Positions 50,901-62,700 of a stretch of DNA of 64,000 nucleotides are shown here, one piece after another. Under the pieces are notes generated by a model. The model was not told the origin of the DNA and searched no databases. It worked only from the letters and a program-made list of their open reading frames with translations. A program made the position numbers and the translations under genes. The stretch is taken from assembly GCF_009834535.1 (NCBI RefSeq), contig NC_045697.1, forward strand, positions 98,706,001 to 98,770,000, written 5' to 3'. Numbering within the stretch: the stretch's first letter is position 1; every line of letters begins with the position of its first letter. Source of the DNA: Camelus ferus (Eukaryota).

Positions 50901-53285
50901 AAAACCAGGAGGGTTATGACCAAACTGTGACAGTGGGTCATGCTAAGAGATGCAGAAAAAGCATTTGATAAAATCCAATACCTATTTATGATAAAAACTC
51001 TGAACAAAATAGTATTAAAAAGGAACTCTCTACCAAATACAGAAATCTGCTATACGATATTGTACCTATAGTTAAGAGCACCATATCATATTCTTAAAAA
51101 TCTAGCGTAGATGATCTCCTGTTAAGTGTTCTCACCACAGTAAATTTTTTTTTAAAGTAAAAGATTTGTATGTGAAAAGAAATTTTCATGTTCATGGATT
51201 AGAAAAGCCAATAATGTAAGATGGTAATTCATCTCAAACTGATGAATAGATTCAATGTATTCCTCATCAAAATTTCAAGACATTTTTGCAGACACTGACA
51301 AGTTGATCCTAAAAATTTTATATAGGACCCAGAATAGCCACAATTTTTAAAAACAAGGACAAAATTGAAGGGCTTACAGTACCTGGTTTCATAAATTACC
51401 ATAAGGCACAGTAATCAAGACAGAGTGGTACTAGCATAAGGATAGACATATAGATAATGAAACAGAATTGAGAGTCCAGAATTAAATCTTTACATTTACA
51501 ATCAATGGAGAAATGATAGTCTTTTTGACAAATGGTGCTAAGACAATCCATATAAAACAGATGACTTTAGACCCTTATTTCACACCATACATAAAAATCA
51601 ACTCAAAACAGATCATAAATCTAAATATAAGAGCAAAAACTATAAAACATCTAGAAGAAAACAAAGGAGAAAATCCTCAAGACCTTGGATTAGGCAGAGT
51701 TCTTAAAACAACAAAAGCATGATCTATAAAAGAAAAATTGGGAAACTTAAGCTTCATCAAAATCAAAACTTCTGTGCTTTAAAAGACTCCAATAAAAAAA
51801 TGAAAAAAGACATGGACTGGGAGAAAATATTTTAAATCATGCATCTAATAAAGGGCTTGCATCCAGAATGTATAAAAAACTCTTTAAACTCAATAATAAT
51901 AAGACAAATAAAAAACAGGCAAAAGACTTGAATTTCACTCGAAAGGATATAGGCATGAGTAATCATATGAAAAAATACTCAACAGCTTGCATCTTTAGGA
52001 ACAATTCAAATTAAAACTACAATTAGTTAAATGCTTCACACCCAGCAAAGTGGCTATATTACAATAGACAGATAATAACAAGTGTTGGCAAAGATGTGAA
52101 AAAAACTGTAACTCTCATTCATACATTGCTGTTAGGAAGGTAAAATGTAAGGTCACTTTAGAATTCAGTTTGGCAGTTTCTTAAAAAGTTAAACAGATGA
52201 CCCAGCAAATCTATTCCTAGCATCTACCCAAGAGAATGAAACCGTACATCATCATAGACTTGTACTCAAACTTTCAAGCTACATTATCTGCAACAGTCAA
52301 AAAGGTGGAAATAATCCAAACACCCATTAAGTGATAAAAAGATAAACAAAATGTGGCATATCCATATAATAAAATACTATTTAGCAATAAAAAGGAACAA
52401 AATACTGACACATGCTACAATATGGATGAAGCCCAAAAAACATTATGCTAAGTGAAAGCACTGCATATTATGTTTGTGACTATATATTGTATGTTTCCAC
52501 TTATACCAAATATCCAGAAAAGGCAAATACATAGAGACAAAAAAGAAATCAGTGGCTGCCTAAGCCAGAAGTGAGTTTAAGTGCTAACTGCAAAGAGGCC
52601 AGAGGGAATTTTTAGAAGTGATAGAAATGTTCTAAAACTGGTTTGTGGTGATAGTTTAACAAATCAATAAATTTACTAAAAAATTATTAAATTTTGCACT
52701 CAAAATGAATTTCTGATATTAAATGGTAACTCAAAAGGCTAATTTTTTTTAAAAAAGTGTAAATACCCAAGAGAAATGAAAACATGTCCACACAAAAACT
52801 TGTACACAAATGTGCTGAGCAGCATTATTTGTAATAGCTAAAAAGTGGAAACTCAAATGTCTAACAACTAATTAGTGGATAAATAATGTGGTATATCAAT
52901 ACAATGGAGTATTTCTCTTCAACAAAAAGAAATAGAACAATGACACATGCTACAACATGGATGAACTCCAAAAACATTATGCTAAGTCAAAGAAAGCAAT
53001 CATGAAAGGTCACACACTGTACGATTCCATTTATATAAAATGTCCAGAATGGGCAAATCTATAGAAACAGAGAGTAGATTAGTGGTTGCCTAGGACTAGG
53101 GGTTTGGAGGGAAAGTGGAGAGTGACACCTAATGGGTGTGAGGTTCCTTTTTGGGGGTGATGAAAATGTTTTAAAACTGATTATAGTGATAGTTCCTTAG
53201 TGAATGTATTAAAAAACCACTTAACTGTATATTTTAAATTGTGAACTGAATGGTGGGTGAATTATATATCAATAAAGCTGTTAGC
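47960..53285 (+). mobile_element. Long degenerate L1 (L1MB/MC-type): ORF1 and ORF2 remnants with two successive 3'UTRs
   Basis: Colinear L1 motifs; ORF 51513..51722 (LDPYFTPYIKINSKQIINLNIRAKTIKHLEENKGE) is an L1 ORF2 C-terminal remnant. Many stops and frameshifts. Confidence 0.88.
50832..50945. mobile_element. MER81-like hAT-Blackjack MITE nested in L1 ORF2
   Basis: 114 bp with TIRs taaggtgacc and ggtcatgcta; interrupts the L1 motif atctca...gatgcagaaaaagcatttga. Confidence 0.75.
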
Positions 53286-55089
53286 TAAAAAAACAACAAA
53301 CCTTAGTGTACAATCTGTTAGCAGGTAAAGCCATCAACACTGATAGGCCCTACCACAGCCACAGTTACTATCTACTTAGGATAGAAAAATAAATTCTTTA
53401 CAACCTACTGTGATTATTTTGTAAATTAGTATACATATATCTGAAATGAAAAGCAATGATTAATCAAAGTAATTAGTTCCAGCACTAAGATTAAACAATA
53501 GGTTGACGTTAAATTTTCAAATTCCAAATGCCCAAAGTATTTCAATTTTCTACTTTACGTGTTTACTAGGAGATATTTCAACAATATTCATATGAACTCA
53601 ATGTGTAAACTATATTACACTACATATAAACTTTATTCCTAAAACCCTTTAAAAGTAATTCAATAGTTTCTAGTCTTACACAATGTCATTCTACCTTTTG
53701 AAGAAAGGAATAAACTCTGAAACTCAAATATTCAGTCCTATCTTGGTAAAATGTATATTTTTCTGTGATTCTGCCACTATTCTGTGATTACGGCACTAGA
53801 CAAAGTGCATTATTTACTCTCGACAGACTCACAAATAAAAAGAAAAGCAAATCTGATTACCAAACACCAGATTACTATCCTATCATCACTGGATTAAAAT
53901 TTAAACCACACAGCTGAAATAAATGTTCATGAGCACAAGAAAGGGGGTGAAATTCACTTTTACAATAAAGTGCCCTCCTCTCACTCATTTAATCAAGTAC
54001 CAAGAACTTAAAGAAAGGCTATTCTGCAGCGTAGCTAGATCCTAGAAAACAAGAGCCCAGGATGCTGGCACATAAGAAACACTGGAAACTGTGCAATCTG
54101 GATTACTCTTAGGGTAATGGAATATTTTCTCTGTCCTTTATTGACATGGAATAAAAATGCCCAAATGGAGCAAGAGAGGGGACTCCAGCTACCCTGCTCG
54201 CAAAGCTGCCTGGGCAGTCAGTATCAACCCTAGCAAAGCCCTCACCGTCCTCCTACCGCGCCCCCGAAACACCCAGGAGCACCGTCCCCGAGAACCAGCT
54301 TCGAGAGGAGAGGATCCAGAAGGCGGTCACTGGACGCGCGTGTTACAGAGCCCGTTTTTGTTTTGTTCAAAAAACAGATTCCTATCAGAGCCCAGCCTCC
54401 CCACCCCCGGGGAATAGGGGGAAGTGGCAGCAGGGGGCCGGCGTGGAGAGGGAGAATAAAAGAATGACCGACTACAACCTGCCGTGCCAGCTAGCCGCGG
54501 AGGGCAGGAAAGGTAAGAGGGGGCGGCGAGGCCCGACAGGAAAGGAAACTGGTCTCCAGCCCTCCACGCCACCCCACGCGGCCAGAGCCTCCCAGGTCCC
54601 GCCCCGGCGCCGGCCGCAGCCTCCCGCCCTACCCGACCCTCCCAGGACGCGCTTCCTCCGGAGCCGGACCCCCGCCCTGGCCTCCCCGCGGGACAAGGCA
54701 GGTCAGTTCAGTCCGCTTCTCGGCAGAGGTGACTCGCGCGGCGATGTAAACACAGCGAGACCAGCTGCGCTCGGCCCATCCCCCCCCACCGCCGGGGTCC
54801 GTAACCTCTTCCCTCAGCCCTGCCCCGCGCACCGCGCGCCCCGCGGGCGGACGCGCCGCGCGCCTTCCCCTTTCTCCAAGTCCTGCTCCCCGACCGTTGC
54901 CCGGGGGCACTCAGCCCCCTTCCCCAGCTCCCAGTCGGTGTCACCGCCACAGCCTCCGGAAAACCCTCCGCAAACAACACAGGCGCGGGGCGGGGACGCG
55001 GAGGGAGGTGGCGGCACTCGGGACAGCGAGGCTTTCTCGCCGCACCCTCCGAGCTCCCTCCCACCAGCCTCAGCGGCCCGCGCTCTTAC

Positions 55090-55520
55090 CTGCTCTCCGC
55101 GTCGCCCGGGAAGACCGCGGCGTCGCTTTCCCTCCCGGCAGGGCCGCGGACTAGCCGCCGCCGTTGGCCGGCCGTCCGGAGGGAGCCGGGGCCTCCCCAG
55201 CAGCCCGAGCCGCTCCACTGGGAGAGGAGGAGACAAAACAGCGGCGCGCCGCCCCGCGCAGAGACCCCCGCCTGCGCCGCCCCACCGACCCCCAACCGCC
55301 GCGGCGACGGCGGCGACAGTGAGCCAGGCGCGGGGAGCAATGGTGGCCCCCGCCCTCGTCCCGCTCCCGGCCCCCCTCCCTCACCCCCCGCCTCGGCTCC
55401 TCCCCCTCGGCCTCCTGCCGCCGCCACCAGGACACTCGAGTCCGCCTCCCCCACCCCGCCCGCTCCGAGCGCTCCTCCCCTCCCCAAGCGGCGAGGGGGG
55501 GCGGCACCGCCAGTCACCGC
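55090..55520 (-). other. ELF2: ELF2 non-coding exon 1 (5' end uncertain, roughly 55340-56050)
   Basis: Strong donor GCAG|GTAAGA at 55090/55089 inside the CpG island, oriented toward the downstream exons. Confidence 0.75.
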
Positions 55521-55544
55521 CGCGCCTGTCAAACCCTGGCCGGC

Positions 55545-55552
55545 TATTTATA
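55545..55552 (-). promoter_or_regulatory. Candidate TATA box (TATAAATA)
   Basis: Isolated AT-only octamer in the GC-rich core, reading TATAAATA on the ELF2 strand upstream of the exon 1 donor. Confidence 0.5.
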
Positions 55553-56128
55553 CCTCGCGGGGTTCTGCCGCCTTCGGCCCCCACCAGCCCGCCCAACATG
55601 CCTCGGTGGCTCTCCCGAATCTCGCCCGGCCGGTAGCCCTCAACTTCTCTGAAACCCGCCTTCTCAGGTAAAGTCTCTCCCCACTTGTCCCGCTCCCTGC
55701 TCGGGGCTCCCCCATCCCGCTCCCGACTCCGGGACTGGAGCGGGGGTTCCCAAGTGCAGGCAGGCGGGTGGGGGCGGCGGGGCAGCCCGTGCACCTGCAG
55801 CGCCCGCCCGCCTGCCCGGACCGCACGCACACACCCTCTGAGGCCCCCCCGCGGGCCCCAGCTGTCACCCCATCCCCAGCTCTAGACTCCCCCCCTTTCT
55901 CCTCAAGAGACGGCTCCGCACTCGGGCAGCCTGACAGTTACTGGGGGTCGGAGGTTGTTGAAACTCCTAGCCCGGACCCCTCCGGTCTCCACTCTTCAGC
56001 CTAGGCTAAATGGAAGGTGGGGGCGCGGGCCCGCAGAAGCGCGCCGCCGGCCCCGCCCCCGGCCCCTCCCGGCCCGTGACGCTCGTGGCGCCCAACCCGG
56101 CCCTCCACGCGCCCCTCGGCGCCGCCCG

Positions 56129-56160
56129 CTCCTCCTCCTCCTCCTCTTCCTCCTCCTCCC
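56129..56160. repeat. (CCT)n imperfect trinucleotide repeat in the promoter
   Basis: ctcctcctcctcctcctcttcctcctcctccc seen directly. Confidence 0.9.
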
Positions 56161-57576
56161 CGCTTGCAAACCCTGGGCCTTGTACCCAGCGGGCCCCGCC
56201 CCATTCCCAGAAATTACCACCCGCCCAACGGCCGGGCTGCGCGGCGGTTGGTGCCCGCGTTTGCTGACGGGCCGACGGTGGGGCTCAGCGCGCAGCTGCG
56301 GAGCGCGGCGGGCGGCCCCTTGGCGCTGCCCCCAGAGCTGCGGGCCCCCGCATTGAGCCATTGTCACCCCTCGCTCGGTCGTCGACGGACGAAGAAGTAA
56401 CTGAAGTCCGAGGAATGTCGGTGTGAGAATGCGGGAGTGTGTTGGTGCGGGAGTATTTTAGTCCAAGTGCCTGCGAATTCGAAAATGAAAACGCAGCAGT
56501 AGCTGCACGCTTCTGGTTTCCCTACTTTCACACAAAGGGGAACCTCTGAGCAGGGCACTTAGCCGCCTTCAAGTGCACAAAAGCCGATGACACGGTGTCC
56601 TGGGTTGTCCTGCGTTTGGAGCGCCTTGTTAATGATCTTTCTTACGCAGTTATGAATACAAACGCCTCCATCTATTCCCCCACTACCACCCTTCTCCGCC
56701 GCCGCCGCATATTCTTGTATTTGTTTAACAAAGAGCAGTAACTGTCCCAGTGTGCGTGGGGGCCGATTCTGCTCCCCTCTCGGGCTTCTGCAGCCGCACT
56801 CCGGTGGACCTGGTGCAGTATTCCCCAGGTTGGTTTCCGGGCTCCAGACTACTCTTTTTGCGGCTCCACAACCAGTCCTGAGCGAAGAAGAAACCCTGAG
56901 GAATACAAGTGGTGGCTGTTCTTGAAAGTAACGTGGAAACCATGGAAATAACCCTAGAGTAGGGCTCAAATGTCAGAGAACCAGGGGGAGGCCCTACTCT
57001 GAAGAACCGAAGAACTTAAATCTTTTCATTCTTTTTTTTTAAGCTATTAATGCCTGTTTATTTACGGGGGTAGGAAGGAGAGGAGGGGAGGGGAGGGATT
57101 CTTTCCTCTCTTCTGGGGACTTCTTAAGAGATTTTTACTTTTAAACATAGGGGAAATCTGGATAGTAAATAGGGTTAGTCTAAGATCCTCTGAACTCTTC
57201 CCAAGTTTCATGGATTCCCGAGATCTAAAACATGGCGGTTCTTGGCATTCTTTTGGACTAAAGAATTTATGTAATATTCAAACATTACACATTAAACAGG
57301 ATACTGCAAACAGCATCCTTTCTGGAGCAGTATTTCTAATCCCCTATTTCCTGTAAAATAACCTATCACTTAAGGGAACCATTACCCACTTTGATATTTG
57401 TAATGAATTAATCAGTACGGCTGCATCTCGGTGACAATAACATGGCATATTAAGGAGCATACAGCAACATTTGATTTGTATTGTTAGGAACAGATCTCAT
57501 CTGCTGGGTCAAATCATTCCTGTTCAGCTACCACGAGAGGAAATACACCTCCACTACTGTCAGTTGAAAGTAAGCT

Positions 57577-57600
57577 GGAAAGTCCCAGGTAGAAAGTCCC
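57577..57600 (-). promoter_or_regulatory. Tandem NF-kB-type sites
   Basis: Minus strand reads GGGACTTTCT-ACCT-GGGACTTTCC; the second decamer is the exact canonical kappaB site. Confidence 0.5.
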
Positions 57601-57639
57601 AGTGGTAAATAACATTAGTGTTCCCAATTTTTCACTGCT

Positions 57640-57960
57640 CTGTGGAGGCCCTTTGAAATGTGGCCTTGTAGTTCTTCTCATTAGAGACAATGTTTCTCCA
57701 TTCCACTGATGTTGGACTTAGATCATCCCACTTGCTTTTGGCCAAAGGAGTATGGGTAACAGTGTGACAGTTCTGAGCCTGACCTTAGGAGCTATCACAT
57801 GTTGCTGCTTGCCTCTCTCACACTTTCACAATGTGAAGAACGCGCCTGAGTAGTCTGCTGGCAGAATGAGAGACATGGAGTGGGTCTGAAGCATCTCTAG
57901 CAGCTTAAAGCCAGTGATCTGCAAAGAAAAAAAAGAATTGTTTTAAGCACTGTGTTTTGG
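57640..57960 (+). mobile_element. MLT1H-like MaLR LTR fragment
   Basis: cttgcttttggccaaagg...ttctgagcct...gaatgagagacatggag...ttgttttaagcactgtgttttgg. Confidence 0.65.
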
Positions 57961-58844
57961 CCTTGAAGGTGCCAAGCATGTCTCTCAGGCAACTCTTTGG
58001 TAGTGGTCTTGGAAAGACATCCCTTATGGAAGCTGATAAAGTAAGAAACTCAAAAAGTTTGTAGCAAAGCATTCTAAAGACCTCAGCTTCAGTAGGAAAG
58101 GGCTGATGTGGCCAGTAGTCCTATAATGATCACAGAATAGGAGATCTTTATGTAGTAACTAGATTGCTTTTGCTCCTGTTTTTTCATATTACACAGTTAA
58201 TTTTTTAATTACACAAGTGATTCATTAATATATTCTCATCAATTTTCAAATAATACAAAATACTTTTTAAACAGCCAAGTCTCCTTTCCTTCTCGACTTT
58301 TCTTTCCACCCCTCATACTCCACAAATACCCAGCCATCCCATACCTCCACTGTTACACAAATAACGATAAATGATAGTTTAGCATTAAGCTTAAGACTTT
58401 TTTTCTGTGCATTTATGTACATATACATGCATGTAAATAGATATAAAGATTAGATAATATGTGGACTAGGTAGAATGCTTTTCTGTACTTCTTTTCTCTG
58501 TTTATTTTCCCTTTGTTTTCTCTAATTATCTAAGAAAGTCTCTCTTTAAATGTCAGCCTGTCTTCACTGTGATAAGCTAACCAAGGGAAGAGGTTGTCCC
58601 CACTTTTATACCAGAATGTTAAGCGAGGGAAAGACCCTTTTGGACCCACTTTAAGGGTGGGAGTGACAGTCAACATGAGGAACACAAGAGAAGACTAAAT
58701 TCTCTGAGTGGTAGCCAGTAAATCATTTTCCCCTCCCAAACTGGAAATTCTCATTCTTGGGTGAATCTTTGGACACTTTAAGTTACCGTTGATTAAATAA
58801 AGCTTATAACATTTCAAAGTGAGTAATCCTAGTAAGAAAAAGGG

Positions 58845-59012
58845 AATGCCATGCTGCCTTTTGTGACCAGCCTCTGGAGTCATACACCATCACTTAGGCC
58901 CTATTCTACTGGTTACACAAGGCACTACTAACTCAGTGTGGGAGGGCACTACACAGGGACGTGATCACCTTGATGAGGATCACTGGGGCCATGCTGGAAG
59001 CTGGGTACCACA
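58845..59012 (-). mobile_element. MLT1F/G-like LTR fragment
   Basis: cagtgtgggagggcactacacaggg...ggatcactggggccatgctggaagctgggtaccaca. Confidence 0.6.
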
Positions 59013-60249
59013 AGGGCCTTCCACAGCAGTGAATTTTGAGTGACTAACATAGTCTTTAAACTTGTTGGATTCCCTCATTGCAGATGGGCAAACCCCAGGT
59101 TACCAGCAACTATGTAACAACAGCCAGAAAAATCACTCTTTTTTGCCTCTCTTTAAAGAATAAGTGGTTCTGGGCAATTGTTCAGTTATATGTTGGTATT
59201 AACCTACCTTACTTGTGAACTGCTGTATCCATCCCCACCATGGCCCCTTTCTGGGCTTCTCCAAAGATAATTATCATTCTCCCATACTCTGGGTCTGCAA
59301 AGGAACCCAGTCCCCAAACTCAAGTTTTGTTTAGGTACCATCTTGCCTTTTATGAATCAGACTCTTAAACCTTATATATTAAACAAGTTATAAGAGGCCT
59401 GCCTGAGAGAATGATGAAAACCAAAATAATTTTGGAGGAACATGTTAAGTGTCCAGAATCCAATGAAATGATTTTTGAGAATGAAATTTGTACCATCAAG
59501 TGCAGTCAGGTAAAACAAGCAGAACATATAAAGTTTTTAATAAAGATGGGAAGTCAAATCCTCATGAATTGCATGTGTAATTTTACCATGTAATATTTTC
59601 TAGGAAAACAAATACTTAAAGTCATTTCCTAACTTGAGTTCTTGGTATATTTAAAAATCAGCCTTCTCTTTAAAATAGTGCTTTAGTTGGAAGCGTTTTA
59701 TTAATAACATCCATAAATGAATTACTTTTAAAGAGCATTTTATTGCTTTTTGAAAATATTTGAAGTGTTGAAGATGGATTACACTTTATTCTAGTTAGAA
59801 TTTCTAATATTTTCAATGTTAAAACTAATTTTTGTAAGCAGATTTTGCCTCCTTATCCTTATTGTAAAATTAAGAGTCCAAATGAAATGTACATGAAGAC
59901 ATTTTATTAGTGATTTAAGATTAATCTTTACAGTTTCTGAAATTGGTTTCTTAATAAAATTCAGGATAAATGCTACAGTAGTTAATTAAAATGCAAAGAT
60001 AAATATCTTTCATGGAGAAAGATCTGAAATAAATTTCCACATCTGTGGGCTGGCTAGTTTTCAAGGACATTAAGCTATTTCTTCCATGATACTAAGTTAA
60101 AATGAGTTATTAGAAAAATTTTTCTTTCCATTCATTTCCTGGATCACCCTAAATAGAAAAGCAAACCAAAGGCTTTGATTTTCTAATTATTTATTTGTTT
60201 TCTTCTCTGGGATTTTTTTCTACTGGGCAGCTAATCAGAGTAGGTGGCA

Positions 60250-60470
60250 GTATTTTAGTAATAGTAAATAGTAACAGTAGTAATGACAATATTTGTCCCT
60301 ATTAATATACAGCTGGATACTTGTGTTCGTTAATCTTATGAGTCTGTATAATTATCCTATCCTACAATTCATATTGAAGGTATGAAAGGTTAAGCCACTT
60401 GTTCAAAGTTACACAGTAGACAGTGGAGTTGGGGATTGAATCCTTCTCCAGAGCATGTGCTCTTGACCAC
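60250..60470 (-). mobile_element. MIR fragment
   Basis: aaaggttaagccacttgttcaaagttacacag...ggggattgaatcc. Confidence 0.6.
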
Positions 60471-61189
60471 TAGTACATCTAAAATGCAGCCTTGTTTCAA
60501 CTGTTCATGTCCAAACATCAAGGATGAAAACTATTGCCTTCTGTTTTAGCCTTGATACCAGCCTCTTGTCTTTTCCCCAAATTTCATAGGGCACTGCTGC
60601 CACCTTGCAGCCCTACTCATCTCTTGTTTGTTTGGTATCCCTGTTCTGCCTAACATAGCAGGCACTGCTGCAGATGGTTGAATATTTCTGGCCACGTTCC
60701 CTATCTCTGTCTCTCCAGACACTCCCTTTTCCACCGGTTGCCAACATATTCCCTCTACTCCAGCCTGTGGCTGTTCTTCCTGCTGCCTCATTGTGTCTGA
60801 GTAGACTTTCCGTATCTGCTGATGACACTGACTGCTATGCAAAAAGAGAGATTTCAGGCCAGGATAAGAAGCCAATCAATATGGAGGACAGAAGTTCGCA
60901 GAACCATAATTAAAATGTGAATACCAGACAGAAAAAAATGGAATAAATGAAAAGTGCTGAGATTGTTAAAATACTGTAAATCAATATAAAAGGCTGGAAA
61001 CTCCCATAATTTTAAGGGGAGAGGGAAATAAAAATAGTTCTTTGGTTCAAATTAATATTCAAGAATCCAGGAATAGGTATAGTAATTGATAGTATCTGTA
61101 CTTATATGTCGTCAGAGTCCTACATACCGAGAAAATGCTTTTGAACTTTAGCATCATCTTAATAGTGCTGATCGAATGTGTATTTTCTT

Positions 61190-61370
61190 TTAATCTTTCC
61201 TTTTCATCCTCATACCAACCCAGTCAGGAAGGTATTGTTATCATTTTGCAGAGTATGAAACTGAGGCAACTGAAGGGGTAGAACAACTTTTCCAAGACCA
61301 CCAGCAAGTGAGTAGTGGAGCTAGGCAGGAAAACCAAGCCGACTGGTTCCAGACTCCATGCTCTCAGCAC
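61190..61370 (-). mobile_element. MIR fragment
   Basis: cattttgcagagtatgaaactgaggc...tccaagaccaccagcaagtgagtagtggagctagg. Confidence 0.7.
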
Positions 61371-61506
61371 TCCGCCCAGCTTCCTCCTGCTCCTCCTCAT
61401 TGTCGGCTCCAAGGCTGAAGGCGTGGTCAGGCCAGCTTCTCCCTGTCTTGTGCTCTCCTGTGATTTGAGGTAGATGAAGGAGCCCAGTTCTCAAATCAGC
61501 AAGCTT

Positions 61507-61649
61507 AGGCGAGGGGTAGAGCTCAATGGTAGAGTGCTTAGCATGCACAATGAGGCCCTGGGTTCAATCCCAAGTACCTTCATTTAAAAAAAAAATGAAT
61601 AAATAAATAAACCTAATTACTTCCCCTACCCCCCGAAATTAAAAAAAAA
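61507..61649 (+). mobile_element. tRNA-derived SINE (Vic-1-like)
   Basis: gctcaatggtagagtgcttagcatgcac...gaggccctgggttcaatccc; degenerate TSD caaatcagcaagctta/caattcaacaagccta. Confidence 0.88.
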
Positions 61650-62556
61650 GCAATTCAACAAGCCTAAAAGTGGCTTATATTCTACTAGAGAATTCTACAG
61701 CCCACTTACAAAGTCTGCATTCTTATTTGGTTACCTGAGCGGAGAAAGAAAATTAATAGGTTAACAAGGATTAATTCTATTATTACCCAGGATGACCGAG
61801 AAGAAAGTAGGTCCCTTTGTGATCAGTACAAACTAGAGAAGTAAGCTTCAACAGATAGAAGAGTCGAGGTTGGAGTCCCCAACCTCCAGCTTTTAGTCTC
61901 TTCAATCTGCCAGAAATAATATATATTTACTCTAACCCAATTGTCCTACAATTGAGGACATGGAGGCCTAAAAAATTAAGTGACTTACTTTTGTTAATGC
62001 AGCTTAGCAGAGTTGGAATTGGAATCCAGGTTTTCTTATTTTTATAAGCTTCCTTTTTGAGGTCATTGAAGTGGCAGCTGGAGAAGAGGAAAGTCTTTGG
62101 AAGTGTTGATGCCATTTAGCCTAGTGGAGGGAGTTCAGCAACAACAGGATCCCTTTAATTGATTCGGTAGGGCTGGGCAGGAGAGGGCGGGACCGGAGTG
62201 AGATGGTTGGAGCCAGGAAGCCAGATACAGAATGGCAGAGACAGGCTGGAATCTAGTGAGGCAGGGAGAGAGCAGGGAAATTAGGGAGCTAAGGCAAATC
62301 TCAGGAAAGAGCTAAAATTGGTTAGGCAAACTCTGGACTCAAAGTAGACAACTACCTACTTTATAATTTTATCTATAGCTAGCTATATCTATATCTTCTA
62401 ATTATTTTGCTTTTCAGTTTTTCTCTCTTGATGTCCTGCATATTTTTATAAGATGGTTTACATTTATTGTAAGCCAATTTTGGTATTTTTGCAGCACTTT
62501 TATGATGGAAAATGTAATTATTTTTATATTGTTCTATTGAAATTTTCAGCCTTTAA

Positions 62557-62700
62557 TTTTTTTTTTTTTTTTACTATTTTATTTGAGAGAGGAGTAATTA
62601 GATTTATTTATTTATTTATTAATGAAGGCACTGGGGATTGAACTCAGGACTTCGTTCGTGCTAAGCATGCACTCTACCACTGAGCTGTACCCTCCCCCCT
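62557..62700 (-). mobile_element. tRNA-derived SINE (Vic-1-like)
   Basis: Reverse complement gggggagggtacagctcagtggtagagtgcatgcttagc...gagttcaatccccagt with poly-T at left. Confidence 0.9.

Larger units (their letters stand above)
1..55520 (-). other. ELF2: ELF2 transcription unit, 5' portion (exons 1-4 and introns); continues beyond the left edge
   Basis: Two exons splice in phase to give MTSAVVHSGGSILELSSNGVENQE|ESEKVSEYPAVIVEPVPSARLEQGYAAQVLVYDDETYMMQDVAEEQEVETENVET, which I recognise as the ELF2 (NERF-2) N-terminus. GT-AG sites are canonical and a CpG island lies at the 5' end. The TSS position is uncertain. Confidence 0.95.
54250..56900. promoter_or_regulatory. CpG island / ELF2 promoter
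   Basis: Abrupt switch to very high GC and dense CpG. GC boxes (CCCCGCCCC near 56051 and 56194), a GAS-like TTCCCAGAA at 56204-56212 and an ETS-like GGGGAAGTG at 54418-54426. Confidence 0.93.

Noticed and set aside
54443..55636. 397-aa plus-strand ORF and the many overlapping ORFs in 54.1-57.0 kb
   Set aside because: GTG start, Pro/Arg/Ala/Gly low-complexity composition, no recognisable domain, and open frames on both strands. This is what stop-codon depletion in a CpG island produces.
60546..60913. Three overlapping ORFs (109, 71 and 79 aa) in a moderately GC-rich patch upstream of ELF2
   Set aside because: No recognisable protein similarity, including to what I recall of neighbouring MGARP, and no convincing splice structure. 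Possibly an old LTR remnant.
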